This document shows, one piece after another, positions 12,962 through 26,317 of a DNA stretch of 64,000 nucleotides. The stretch covers positions 1 to 64,000 of the forward strand of contig JALDTO010000069.1 in assembly GCA_023515725.1 (NCBI GenBank). Reading direction: 5' to 3'. How positions within the stretch are numbered: the stretch's first letter is position 1; each line of letters opens with the position of its first letter. The position numbers and the translations under genes are program-made. The stretch comes from Amoeboaphelidium protococcarum X5 (lineage: Eukaryota > Fungi > Aphelidiomycota). The notes beneath the pieces are model-generated. The model was not told where the DNA came from. It saw only the letters and a program-made list of their open reading frames with translations, and ran no database searches.

Positions 12962-14615
12962 TCAGTTGTTGGTAGTTGACACAGAGTATTGAGGATAATA
13001 GCATTGTTAAGAGCGATGCTTTGTGCTGTTGCGAATGTGATCAGCTATCATGAATGCCATCTCTTCCCATCCGTGTCCTATGCCATCATCACCACCACCA
13101 CCGAATCTTTCCACATACTTTCTACCCGATTCAATTCTTAAATCACGCTCCTCCGCAGTTAGTGATAACAATTTGGTCATGGCAGCCGCAACTTGGGATG
13201 GATCTTACGCGTTTTGTACGTATATCGGAGCACTGCCGCCCACTTCGGGTAGTGATGAAGAATTATGTGCCACTGCCAGAGTGCCTGAGGTGAGAGCTTC
13301 TACCAGCGGGAGTCCAAATCCCTCATATTGAGAAATGTACATCAGACCCAGGGATCCAGAGTAAGTCGCCGACAGATCTTTTAGATCCATATACCGGACA
13401 ATCTTGAATCTAATTGGCACATGAGACTTGCCATCTCTAGAAGACACTACTTTTCTCTGATAATCATTTTCATTTATAATGACTGGATGGTTGACTACGT
13501 ACGATAACTCTTCCTCTGTGGGGCCACTTCGACCAACTAGCAGAATCCAAAACTTTTACAATACATCGTCAGGCAAAAGATCCAGTGCTGCAAACATAAA
13601 CTTGGAATTTTTGTAGCTATGTGCTGATCCTACAGTCACAAAGTAGTCTATCGGTGTTCCATCTTTAACGTATACAGGATCTTTAGCGGATGAAAATTTG
13701 TACTTGCTACGCACCTATATGATCTGTTCCGGACTAGCAATACCAGGGAATACATCGCGACTAATCCTATTCTAGATTGTAGATACTATCGTATTCTTAG
13801 TGACATTATCAGTATCCTCTTACTAGATATCAGATTCAGACAATCGCACCTTATCGCCATACCACTTTACAATATCTCGCGACGTTGCTTCAGATACGGA
13901 TATGACTGAGGCTATCCGATCAAGGATAGATATTCGAGGATAGTATTCAGAATAAGGTCCAGTATCCATACCAACATTCTCTGGAATCAAATCATGGTAC
14001 ATGATGATGTTGCAGAGTTCTGCTAGTTCTGGATACTCGTAGTATGTACTGATGAACACCAAAACTACTCCAGCCTCATTGCGTTATGTATATGGAGCAA
14101 GATCGTTGATAATTTCCTTCTAAATAGTCTCTACATATAAAAAGGTGACAATTACTGTGAAAACATAAAGTTGAAATTTAAGCATTACCTTGGATTGATT
14201 AACGGCGAGGAATATAATTGATGTTATCAACGTGAGCCAATTCAGCTGAGTAAGGATTATCAGGACATGGATCTAAAAAATAAAGTCGATCATCACCGTT
14301 GAATTCTTAAGCCAAATGGGGAAGCAGATTCTTCCATACAGTGGAGATACCTTTAGGATTATTCCTCTGCAACTGAAATATAATCCCATCGACAATTAGG
14401 TAATAGCGGCGCTTCGTTGTACCATGGATACCCAATCTCCTGCGAGGCAGCTCTGAGCTAGTGTGCTGATTACCATATATTAAAGCTGGAAATTTTAGAT
14501 CAGAATCGCTAACCTTTTATTATAGGAAGCCATCTTGAATAAAGTACAAGAGAAGACATACGCCAATAATAGCCAAAATTATCTTATCGCGGAATCGTGA
14601 ATAATAATACTTCAT
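12962..14615 (-). CDS. GT4 glycosyltransferase with N-terminal signal anchor, ~531 aa, one intron (14131-14188)
   Basis: IVDGIIFQLQ..PKGISTVWKNLL, VFISTYY...YHDLIPE, YFVTVGSAHSYKN and GT4 ExFGLPxxEA motif (QYEGFGLPLVEALTSG). TM segment IILAIIGVCLLLYFI. Intron GTAATG...GTAG, 58 nt. Confidence 0.88.
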
Positions 14616-14904
14616 GAATGGGTATCGCTATGCTCCAGTGGTATTAAATTTATCTATGAAGCGGTCAATATAGTTAATTAAAAGAGATGGCAGTAAGAAG
14701 TTTAATGCGTGTTAAGAGAGAGCGTGTACTATTGTAAACCCAGTTGAAACAGAAATCGCTCGGATCAGCTTTCTGATTAAACGCGTCAGATCTTCGTGTC
14801 ACTTGAAGCCTCCACATTTCTGGTGCTGATTTAAGACTCAGGTATGATGAGGTAACTCTAGTGATCAATGAAAATCAATATTAAATTTAAGATCTTATAA
14901 TGTT

Positions 14905-16701
14905 TCATTTGATGTTTTCATTGATAAAACTGAGCAGCAAGTCTTTGCACGATGGAAGCAGATGGGATGCCCGTAACTTGGCACTGTTACTCGACTGTAA
15001 GGCGACTCTCCCCCTTCCCCGAACACTTTTACTCTTCAAACGACTATCTTGACCATTTTCTTCATTCTTCTAGTATGCTTTAAGTAGATGCTCTCTTTAC
15101 CCCTCGCTAATGTTCATTTGAGCCAAGTCACTGTCATCAAGCATTTCAATCTCTTCCTGAACACCATCAAACGCGTATTCACTAGTCATGTAGATCAATT
15201 TAGATGTCTTGCTTCCCTTCTGTCTCGCGCATCCTACACCACGAACACCATTCTCCATTTTGATATCAAAATTAATGGACCATGACGCGACGTTTACAGA
15301 GCATATGAAGCAGCCACCGTTTCTCTAGTGGTGAAAGACAAAAGAGGTGTTATCAGAATCAAATACAATTGACTTGACGTTGCAGTACTTTCCAGTCCAT
15401 ACAAGCTTATTCCTACCCAGAAGATCGTAAACATACACTTTATCATCAGAAGAGCAAGTAGCCATCAAGTAACATCTCTTGAAAGTATCTGGTCTCCTCT
15501 GCATAGAACTAAAGCAAAGTTTAGCAAAATCACCTGCATGAACAGGCTGAGGAATTGTACTAAGCAATTAAAAATCCACGCTGGACCACAATGAGATCGC
15601 TCTATCATGAGCAACTGCAAGTAATGAGCCATCGTCGGATACGCATAAATCATTCACACTCATCCCTTTATAGCCAAATTCTGCTACCTACTCCCATGTA
15701 AACCTTTTGTACTGAGGCACTACTCTGTTAGAGGAGAATACGCGTTCTCTAACATTAAATACTTTAATCACTCCGGATTTAAGACCAACAATTAAACGAT
15801 CAGATTAAATAAATTCCACTCTGGCTACAGACGCGTCAATAGGCAACAAAATCAAAGACACTTGTTCATATTTAGAAGTTTCTGAGTTCTTGAGCCAGAA
15901 CTTCAGAGAAACTTCATTACGAGCGCTACCATTAGCACGATAAGAATCAACTGTAGCGAGCCAGCTCTAATTCTTAGTCAATGCAACTTGTTGAATATTA
16001 AATGTGGACACCAGCCCAGTGTCATCATTCATATGCACAGGCGGGAGCGGACGCACTGCCAGTGTTTGCACCTCTTCATTCCTAGCAACTGACCAAAACT
16101 AAAGCGAGCCCGGTATACCGTTCATGACGGCCACGTCACCACCAGCCACTATAAACTCACCCTATCGCTAGCTAAGAGGTGGATGATTCCATTCATGACG
16201 CGCCAGTTAATACGCTATTCCAGCGCGACGATCTTTCAGCTCCCAGTTGGCAACATCAACCACCAGCTACTCATTGCTCAATAACACAATGGATAGCGTG
16301 AAGTCTGCAGCATTTTCCGAGATATCAACAATAGGAGACCCAAGACGCGGCAAGAAGGTCTTATTCCCAGAATCAAGATGCCAGCGTACAAGAACGCGCT
16401 CATATCCACCACTGTAGAGATAATTTCCATCAGCAGAGAATTTCAGAGCACATACAGCTTACTAATGCCAATGCAGACGAGTCAAAAACTACGGCTTAGT
16501 GGTGAAAGATACAAAGCGATACATCAGTATCTGACCGCGATCATCACCAACTGCAACCAGCGAACGACTGGTTAGAAAATCGATACACTTGATATCTCGC
16601 TGAATATTAAACTGAACCTTATCCGTTTACTGTGCACTAGTAATAGTAACCTCTTTCCCACTAAATGTCACTTTTAAATCTTAATCTTGTGTATTTACCA
16701 T
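14905..16701 (-). CDS. NAN1: WD40 U3 snoRNP/t-UTP subunit Utp17/Nan1 (WDR75-like), ~598 aa; true start may be further upstream
   Basis: LHWHQQAVCALKFSADGNYLYSGGYERVLVRWHLDSGNKTFLPRLGSPI and C-terminal ASHLLPSCKDLLLSF, both typical of WDR75/Utp17. Confidence 0.85.
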
Positions 16702-17086
16702 TTTGATTCGTTTTCCTCTTTGATCTCTCTCGCAAAGTTTTAAAGAGAGAACATTCTGTTAAGATTTTATGAGCAAGTTTAGCTTAGACTAAAGTACTTT
16801 ATAGATTGCATATGATTATCGCTCTGGTTACTCTTGAATGAATAGTTTTGAAATTGTAGTATACATAGCTCTCTGAAAGTCTAGGATATTTATTCACCGT
16901 AGTACATGGCTTACACTGAGTTCAAAACTTCGAATGAGTGATTGCTAGGTGACAGATCATCACATCACGGGTGTCATCATTTGTCTGGTTAATTGAAATG
17001 GTAATTTGCCAGTTTATTCTCACTAACGCGTCTAGCTTGTGTCTTTATACAAATATTATATTGTGGCAATTAGCTTTTACATTATC

Positions 17087-18406
17087 ATGAGTATGAATAG
17101 ACACGTAACCTCTAGCAGTTGTAGCGATTTGAGTGGGCACTTTGAATCTAGCTTGAATTTGGAGACTGGCAGTCGTCGCAGCAGTGATTTGAGTGGTGGT
17201 GCGTAGTTGCAATTGAACAATAGTGATAAGTAGTCAGTCATTGCTCGTGTTCAAGAGTGGATTTAAGTGCATTAGGCAGAGTATCCGCTAGATGATAGCG
17301 GTAAAGGTGATCCATAGGCGTGTATATTTGTGGCATCTCTGAACTCGGGCAAGACACTGGAGCAATTGCATCAGTCGGTGTTGACACATTTCCAGTAATA
17401 TGGTCCTATTGTTAGTGTTAAAGTGTCCATTGACAATCAGAATCGACCATTTGCTTTTGTGCAGTTCAAGTCTGTACAAGATGCTAATAAGGCGCGTATC
17501 AAGTCGCAGCATTCAGTTATTGACTCCAGAGCCGTCCGTATTGAGAAGGCCAAAGTTAATCGCACCCTGTTCGTGGCCAAGTTTTCAAAGCAGTGGAGTA
17601 GAGGGGATATTATGGAGATTCTGGAGCAGTTTGGCCCTATTGAAGATTTCCACCTGCTGATCAATAATCATACTCATTAGAGTAAAGGCAGTGGTTTTGT
17701 CAAATTTATCTACCGCGAAGATGCACTGAAGGCTTTCGCTTGCTTGAAAGGGCAGTTTAAAAGTTGGGTGGTGGAATGGGCTAGTGATTAGTTCTCTGTG
17801 CGTAATAGACAAGAGGTTGATTACTATTCAATCTTTGTCGGTAATTTGAACCTGGATTTGGTGAATGAAGATGCTTTGATTGAGAAATTTACTGAATTTG
17901 GGGATATTGAGTCGATGAAGCTGATTGATCCAGAGATGGTGTCTAATAAAGAGGCGGAGGATACTGGTAATAATCGTCGCTCTGCATTCTGCTTTATCAC
18001 TTACTCTGAAATGTCCTCAGCTGCGCGCGCAATCTCAATGAATGAGTAAATGCTTATGGGCTGCCAGTTGCGCGTCTAGTACAAAGGCGTACCGTCTTCC
18101 AGTCGTTCTCGTAATACTACGGCTCCTGTGTCCTATCCGCAGTACAGAAGAATGTAGTTGTAATAGTAGCTGCAGCAGTAGCAGTATGCACAATAGTTCT
18201 TTGTTCCAATGTTTACACCGCTATCAATGTATCCGTATCAGCCAATGTATGGTTTGGCGCCGCCTCCTACAGTTGAATAGTATCAGATTGTAGGATAGTA
18301 ATTGCCTAGTCCAATAACCGGCGCTGATTCCATGGTGTCTTAAGTGTCCAATACTTAGGAAGTATCCGACATTCAGGTAGAGACTTCCTCTCAAAGCTCT
18401 TTGTGA
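17087..18406 (+). CDS. RIM4: Rim4-like meiotic RNA-binding protein, 3 RRMs + Q/P/Y-rich tail, ~439 aa
   Basis: ACIFVASL...FQQYGPIVSVKVSIDNQNRPFAFVQF...RIEKAKVNRTLFV parallels yeast Rim4 RRM1 (CIFVASL...RPYAFVQY...AKVNRTL). Third RRM starts SIFVGNL. Confidence 0.78.
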
Positions 18407-18696
18407 TCTTAGTCTCAGATAATGCACTCGCTTGTAATTTTGCATAGATACATATTGAATAGACTTGAATAGCATCAATAAATGTTGTATTATTATGATG
18501 ATTTATAAAATTCTCATATTTTGCTCATTGAACGGCCCATTAAGTTATTTGAGTGTTTAGCTGGCCTTCCATATCCTCAAACTAAACGCGAGTTTTAACG
18601 CTGAAGGCTAAAACTGTTTTAATAGCAGCACAGCACAGCAAAGTTTAAAAGCGCGTCTTTATTTCGTTCTGGCGGCTTGTTTCAGATTGAACGTGG

Positions 18697-19515
18697 ATGG
18701 CTTTATATCGCATTTTCAATTCTGTATTAAGAACAACGCGTTCATCCGGTCTTATAGAAATGGTTGACTTAAGATTGAAGGTGGCTCTGGCTCTGCACAT
18801 TATATATTGTACATTAAATGACAAGAAAGAAGGTAATAAAAAGGAAAAAGTACGGAAGACGCGTAAGGCTTCTCTGAAAAGGTTAAAGAAGCAAGTATAG
18901 TCTCAGACTACTCAAACAGATCCAGTCATAAGTGATGATCTTCCAGCTGAGATAATGGATGAATTGCGATATGAAGATACTTAATAAAAGCGATTGAAAG
19001 AGCAAGCTATTGAACAGAATCAAGTACCAGATGAAGAAGTTCCACACATCAGCAGTGTCTTCTAAACTGCCGATATAACTGTAGTTGATCTGCTATAAAA
19101 CTTTGAGCAAGTCTAAAAGCATCTTTTGATTGATACTTCCATTGAACCTAGGGAGTTCATCACATCTGTAATAGAGAATAGCCTATGCAAAATATCTAAG
19201 CATAATTATCATATATTAAATGAAGTATTCAAACTATTTAAAGATGATGCGTTGATCTGTTAGTTTGTGTTTCAACGTGTTAAAACGCGCTTGGTCATGG
19301 TGAAAGCTGCTGAATTGGATGACAGTATCATAGTTGCTGATTAAATGTATATGCTTCTCAATCTGTGGATTATTCTACTTGAAGCCTAAAATTATGACAA
19401 TTACGATGCGGAAGAATTTAGAATATGGCTTCAAGATATTTTATAATAGGTAGATTTGGAACACGCCATCATTGTCGACTTGCTGTTGAAAGTTTAACAA
19501 CGATTAGAAAAGTGA
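18697..19515 (+). CDS. Hypothetical protein, ~272 aa (basic NLS-like stretch, helical C-terminal domain)
   Basis: Open ATG-TGA frame with TAR=Gln; no recognised motif. Confidence 0.6.
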
Positions 19516-19626
19516 TCCAAGTCATGATAACTACTGTGATCTTTAAATTCAATTTTTAAATGCAATCTTTATTGTTTATAAAGTCACTTATAATATTGTA
19601 AAGCAATTCGCCATAAGAATCAAATA

Positions 19627-20271
19627 TCACATTACAGTCCATACCATAATCACAAATACAAGAGCTGCAATGGCCTTCAACGCGTCCATAAATACTTCCA
19701 CGTACTTGAAATAGCCTTCGCGGCGACCATAGACTCCACTACCATGATATCGGTAACCATAAGCAGTTCCACTCTGACGATAATCGTGACCCAACCAAGG
19801 ATCAATTATGCCAATGAATACACACTATAAGATGGCAAGGAACAGATAGCTCCATAGAATGAAACTAGGCCAGTACATTGAAACGTGCTTAACATCAGGC
19901 ACTTTGGGGCCTTACAACAGAGTGTCATCATTATCATTTTGATCATATTCTGGCTGAGGAATAGATCTTGGCAGCAACCAGAATTCAGTCATCAACACTA
20001 CAGCAATCGCCACTATCAAAGTCTCTTTCATAATCTTGGTGATTGCATTCAGTCGCACGTAGCCTTCGCCAACTTCACGCTCCCCACCACCACCTTGAAC
20101 TTCTGCGGCAGACGTTCCACCAAGCAGTGGCTCAGATTTTCCCATTTGAGATAAGGCGCGGACACGAGCTGCGGATATAATCACCTTCAGAATGATGTAT
20201 AATATTAGCGCGATCGTAGTGGCCACCCACATGCTCTTCATATAGTCATGATTCAGATCTTGAACCTCCAT
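19627..20271 (-). CDS. Hypothetical multi-pass membrane protein (~4 TM), ~214 aa
   Basis: Hydrophobic segments WVATTIALILYIIL, LIVAIAVVLM, FILWSYLFLAIL and AIAALVFVIMVW. Confidence 0.7.
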
Positions 20272-20461
20272 ACTTTTCGCAGACTTGTTATAAATTTTAA
20301 GCTTTTGTATGATGTATACTTGTTCATAAAGGCAGGGAAGATAAAGCACCTTTATGAGTCAGCAATCATCATAAATAGTGCACGCTTAATATGGAAAGCT
20401 CTGACACGTCAAATGAAAGTGTAAAATGTGATATCAATAAATGCCGCAATCAAGCAATCAA

Positions 20462-22060
20462 TCAATCAAATTGTTATTGTACATACTTGTCAATCATCTC
20501 TTCAAATAGATGGAATCTCTATAGAGCATATGATACGTAATCAAAATCAATTGTACTCTGGCTTGCCTAGATGAATGCCCACAGTGACCACATTAAGTGA
20601 CTGATGGGCACAAAGAACTCTACTTCTTTCAAAATCATCTCAATCTCTCTGTGGCGCAACTCGAGATGCTGTTCAGCACTCAGATGAGGAGACAGAGTAG
20701 GAGACAGCACAGGTGATGGACCACCAAGCAGTAAATTAATTGGCGCAAATAGAGGTGACTAGTTTACGATAGAGTTACTGCGCCGAGAGATATCATGCTG
20801 AGAACCTATTGAGGATCCCTTTTCTGACTTTGTGGATTATTAAAGCGCAGATTGGAGATAAGAATCCCTGGCAGTCAGGTAAGAATCCACAAATTCAATC
20901 TGCTCCTCTCTAGTAGGAAACTTGTCCGCATCGAGCCAATGAGGACGATCACAATGATAATTGGCCATCCATTCACAAAAGTGGTTGGCGAGATCAAAAC
21001 CTCTATAGGCGTAACAGGCGTACTCGTAATCTATAATCACAATCTGCCCAGTTTCGGTAGATCTCAATATATTTCCATACTGGCTATCGCAATGACAAAA
21101 GACTACCGGAGATTAGCGAGATTTGATATGATTAATGCATAGAGATAAAAGCTGCTGCTTTCTATCAATGTCGCATTGTTCAATATCACTCCATCTCTAT
21201 GGATACTTCTCTTTCAACGTCGGCAGTGCGAGTACAGCTTAATTGAACCAATCCATAAGACGAGGTTCCAATTCACTATGAATAACCTACTTCAATGCAC
21301 TGGTAGTAGACAGAGCTCTTCTAGCGCGAGAAGCTGATCTTATAACGCCACTTTAGCTGGAATCTGAATCCGATTCCAATGGCATCAATCCAATGAGTGA
21401 GTGAATCTCAAACATGCTGGCGGCAATGTCTTTATTGTTCTGAGACACACGTATATCTTTCGAAGTCATCTGGTAATTCTAAATAAACTGCTCAATTCTA
21501 CCATTAGCAAATTTGGCAATGATATGTGGGCCAATATCGAGACAGGACATGGTCTGCAACACTTTCAACTCTCTGTCGCGACTAAACAACTTTTCACTGC
21601 CTTCACCATAGACTCGGAATAGATATTTATGCTCACCATCACCATCTTCCTATAGCTGAGACGAAGAAGAAGACGAAGCTGAAGAAGAGTCTATTGTTAG
21701 AAGAAACATGCAGTTGGTCATTGCACCAGTCATTCGCTTAATGTGAACAGAAGCAGATGGTGCGGATACGGCAGCAGCAGAAGACGGTAAGACATCTTGC
21801 AACACTGCTAGCAATTAACACTTGATCTCTTGGTCATTCTAAGCACCACGATTCTTTAATACCACACGCCGGTCACATTTAGGTACTGAATGCAAATCGC
21901 CAACTCTTTTCTAATTCATACGCAAGATTCGCTTCTAGTTGTACTTCATCCATTATTCTAAATTATATCCGCAGTCATCGCTAATGTTGTCACTCAAATT
22001 CAATTATTCATTCGAATTTAGCGGTGTAAGCAGTGCCGGAGGCGGTAGAGTAAAGTCCAT
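20462..22060 (-). CDS. Choline/ethanolamine kinase, ~532 aa
   Basis: TGAMTNCMF, LFRVYGEG, Brenner motif VFCHCDSQYGNIL, IIDYEYACYAYRGFDLANHFCEW, and SHLMWSLWAFIQ...IDFDYVSYA. Confidence 0.93.
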
Positions 22061-22367
22061 TTCAAACAATAAAAATTGAGTAATAAAATATCTATCTATT
22101 GCACTAATAGAGTAGATAAATACAGAGAGATGTAAGAGCAACGAGTGAGATGATGATTTTCAGGGCCAAATAGGACGGCGATTCAGACTGACAAGAATGA
22201 AAACAACGCGCGTGGACTAAAGAATTGGCGAATCAGAGCAGAGTGACACTGGCAGAGGGAGGATGTCATATGATCAAATGGATCGTGCTCATACCGAAAG
22301 TTCAAAGAATTAAGCGGTGATCTAGAAGGCGTATATTTATTACAGAATGAGAAAGTTTGAGTCTCAA

Positions 22368-23270
22368 TCACGATTTCTTCTCAGTCTTAATATCACTCGG
22401 TGGCTTGTAGTCTACGGTGAGGTCAATGTCTTTGAGATGAGTGTTGGTGATCTTGGTGAGACGTCCTTTACGAGATTTCTTTTTATTATTCTATGGTCCG
22501 CCACCTGCAGCCTATTAAGATTCTGATAACTGTAAAAGACTCAGTCCAGCCTTCTCCATCTCTTACATGGCCACTCCCAGTTCACCCTCTTTCACAGAGT
22601 ACTCATGCCAGAGTTGTTCAAATGCCGGGTACTGATTAAGTTTGACTTGAGGCATGTCATTATAATACAGAATATGGGGACGTCCATCCTTGAGTCTGGT
22701 AACAATGATCTCGTTGTTCGAACATAGCTGTTCTATTGCATCAGGAATACCCCGCCATGAGTCTTTAAACTCCTTATAATGAATACCACCTTTATTCTAC
22801 TTCCAATGATCTCGAATTACGAACAAAAGTTCCTCCTTACTACGCGCACTGAATGCTGGTTTATATTAATACACTCCATTCTGATATTAAATCTTGGCGT
22901 TCTACTATGTGACACTCCAAATCTAATCATCATTCAAGTCTAAATTACTCAAAAACTATTTAATTTGGGTTTCTGATTGAGGTTCATCGCACGATTTCAA
23001 GTACTCTATGATACTAAACAATTTAAATCCGAGAGATGTATCAGCATTACTACTTTATACCACATTCCGTACAGAGGATTAGGGAGACGCTCTTACAGGA
23101 GACTTTGCATTCATCCAGTCGCCGCTTGTGCTAGCGGTATTATGGAAACTCACTTTAGCTCTGTCCTATTTCTACCTCACTGGAGCCATTGGAATATCTA
23201 GATTACGCACCTTATTCGCCAATTCCTTTGTCTAAGCATTCAATGATCTCTAGGCATTTTACTAACTCAT
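22368..23270 (-). CDS. TFA2: Transcription initiation factor TFIIE beta subunit, ~300 aa
   Basis: IIEYLK, YQYKPAFSARSKEELL, GGIHYKEFKDSW, KDGRPHILYYND, FEQLWH and the conserved C-terminal KITNTHL. Confidence 0.88.
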
Positions 23271-23485
23271 TTATACTGTTATATTGCAGTACTAATAGTT
23301 TTTAAACCAAGCAATACTAAAAAAATATTTAATCAGCGAGAGAAACTGTATCAGAACGGACCAAGAAAGAGAACTAGACGAGCTCTCGGGATGAATTTTG
23401 CCATTTTACGATTTTCTCTCTCTCTCTTGAACCTCATTGTCCGTGATCTGATCGTCATCTTTGCCGAATCATCCGCACACGCAAA

Positions 23486-23995
23486 ATGTATAAAAGATAT
23501 CTTTGGTCGTGTTTGATTGCTCTCGTGATCTTTATTTCGCATATAAGCGCTGGTTTGTGTCTTAGTAAAGGTGTTGACGAAAGATATTCGGAAGATACTC
23601 CCACAGAGTACCGCGAGTGCAACTCCTAAGAAGGGCAGTCAGACTTTTTCTCATCGATCAGGTCATCTGCTGAGCGGATTGCTAAACTCACTGTAAAGAC
23701 TGCTTTAACCTCAGATTTGCAAGTTGTCGACGATAATCGCAGCGTGGACATTAACTACTCTTTAATGAATGCAGCGTTTTTGATTACATCAGAGAGTGGG
23801 GGTGAGCGTGTAAAATAAGGGCGATTGTTGGAATTTGAAAGGGAGTTGTATGTTGCTTTAGCCTCGTAGCTTAGAAAAATATAACTCAGGCCTGACTATT
23901 TGGGAATGGATGATGCAATTTTTGCTGATCTGCACAATAAATTGCTAGATAAAATTACTAGCATTGTCAAAGAATTCATGTATCTCGTTAAATGA
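23486..23995 (+). CDS. Orphan secreted protein, 169 aa; predicted mature N-terminus GLCLSK
   Basis: Signal peptide MYKRYLWSCLIALVIFISHISA; open frame to TGA with TAR=Gln. Confidence 0.72.
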
Positions 23996-24228
23996 TATGA
24001 ATGATTTTTTGCGTTAGAATGGAACATCTAGTTCTTTGATTAGTATTTTTTACACGTTGTGCATCTTAACGACCCGTATCAAGATTGGATTTTTTGCCTC
24101 ATAGTGATGTCACTTAAAAACACGTGCCTAGTCGGACTTTCAATTTTCAAAGAGCTGTCATGTGAGAAGAAACATCCCATCTATTCTTTTAATAAAGTGT
24201 TTACTGTCTCAGTACGAAAGTTATAAAT

Positions 24229-24957
24229 ATGATGGTAATGATGTAGACAGGATAAAGTCGCGCCTTGATACTCGTGGTCACGTTTTAGATGCTGATGATG
24301 ATGTGTACTGTTGACGGTGGAATTACCGCAAGTCGATTCAAAAACTTTAGATTGGATGATGATGATGATGATAAGCCGTAAAGATAGTGGAGCTACCGGT
24401 AGAGAGATATGCCAGCTTAGTAGGAATAGATTATGAGGTCTGCAGATATCTAATCACCTCAAGTACCTGTTAATCGCTTGCAATAACAGTAGCAGAGAGG
24501 TGGTCATTCGGCGCGTCAGTAGTCTCCTTAGCCGATAAATACTAATGCTGATGTTTAAGAACAATCTGGCGCGTAAGCTGGTGTTAATCATGATTATTAT
24601 TGTACCGCCCCGGGCAGAAAGGAGGCTCTTACGTAATTTCAGAGTTTGGCAATTGCATTTGTAAAGACCAAGAACGTTGAATTCACCGGCGATATGGAAG
24701 GCTTAATATCAGATATGTATGAGCACATTGAAATGTCTACTTTAAGCCCGATAGAGAAATGGAATAGCGCTCAGCGTTTCCACAAGCTATTGAATCTCAT
24801 TATTACGGATAGGATCAAGCCTGAGAAGTCGGAGAGGCTTAGAGTGATGAAAGTTTAGTCCATCGTTAGTCAACAATTCCGGCATATTCGCGGCCGCTTA
24901 TAGCCAGCTGCCTTAATTGCTTAGGCTTAAATGGGCGTACGTTAAAACTAATAATGA
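24229..24957 (+). CDS. Orphan secreted protein, ~242 aa; predicted mature N-terminus GITASR, Q-rich linker, helical C-terminal domain
   Basis: Signal-like ALILVVTFQMLMMMCTVDG; ends TAA TAA TGA TGA TGA. Confidence 0.7.
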
Positions 24958-25132
24958 TGATGACATCTTGAAAGTGTCTTTAACTAAATATATTAGATTC
25001 ATTTGAGACGTGCTATGTTAATTTCAGGGGTTGGAGTATTTAGATATTTTGCGGCGATTTCTCCTAAAATGGACATTGTACTTTTTCTCATTATCATCAA
25101 CAACGATAAGCCTTTCCAGCAATTAAAGCAAT

Positions 25133-26194
25133 ATGCAGCTGCTTAACGTAATTTTAATCATGGCAACTATATGCTAGTAGTACGATGCAATGCATCCTTG
25201 GAGAGCGTTTCAGAGCTGGCAGAAGAAATAGACACCGACCAGATCCTTTTGGAGCAGTGATTTTCTGGATGATATAGTAAATGACTAGCGTTAATTTCGT
25301 CAGTAGGTGTAAGGTAATGCAGCGCATCCAGTGGGAGCGTTATCATTAAGCAGAGAGTAATCTCCTCGCTATGATGCCGATGATGAAGGTGACTTCTATT
25401 TGGAGGCAGCAATCAAGGCCAGTCATCGGAGCAAGTAGGAAGAAGATAATAGACGCGCGTAGGGTATTAAAGTGGCAGCTGCTAATGATCAATAACGCGA
25501 TCTACATGCTTTAGGTAGCGCCGCATTTAAGGCTCCCAAGATGGCAGCTCGTTCTCAGGCAACCTTAAAAGAGGCCATCGCAGCGGATATTTTAGATATG
25601 GAGCTGTTAAAGTTTGACACGGTTGCGAGGTATGCCAAGTAATGCTATCGCAAACTGGCTGATCTAATACTTGGCGCTCCAGGGTCTAAGGATGTCATTC
25701 CTCCGCTTGTTCAAGAGCTGGCCTCTGTCGTTATGTAGCACAGAAAAGCCAAGTTTCCAATGCCACCTGCATTCCAAGAGTACTTTGATCTGCGAGTGCA
25801 ATTTGATAAATAAGAGAGTACGAAATCCCAAATGAAGATTGCTAGTTAAGCTGGCTTTGGCAGATCCATTGCGGAGTTTGTTGGAATGAGCGAGCTTATC
25901 TATTACCACATCGAAACTAAAAATAATCTGGTTATAGAGACATTGTCGTAATATATACGCCTCTTGTAAGATTTGCAAACGCTGATTGAAGAGAACAAGG
26001 ATATACATTGGGCTTATAATGAGGCCATGCGTATCTTTTAAAGTCAGTATACCCAGCAGAGAAATAGGATTGGTGACATGATTAATGACGCGACTTTTAA
26101 AACATCAGGTCGAACAAGAGATCTGGCTGAGGTAACGAACAAATGGCATAGAATTCTTTAAGAAATGCCTGTCACACCCCTTTATGACCTTTGA
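25133..26194 (+). CDS. Orphan secreted protein with UIM-like motif, ~353 aa
   Basis: Signal-like MQLLNVILIMATICQQYDA; internal DDEGDFYLEAAIKASHRSKQEED; 1062-nt open frame. Confidence 0.72.
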
Positions 26195-26317
26195 ATGAAT
26201 TCAAAGGCGTTGAAATTGAACTTATGATAAAATAGAAAATCTTTTATAGTTTTTGCCAGTTTAGCTAGCGTTTACTTTCTACTTCAAATAAAGTTGTTTC
26301 ACTTTCAGATTACGAAA

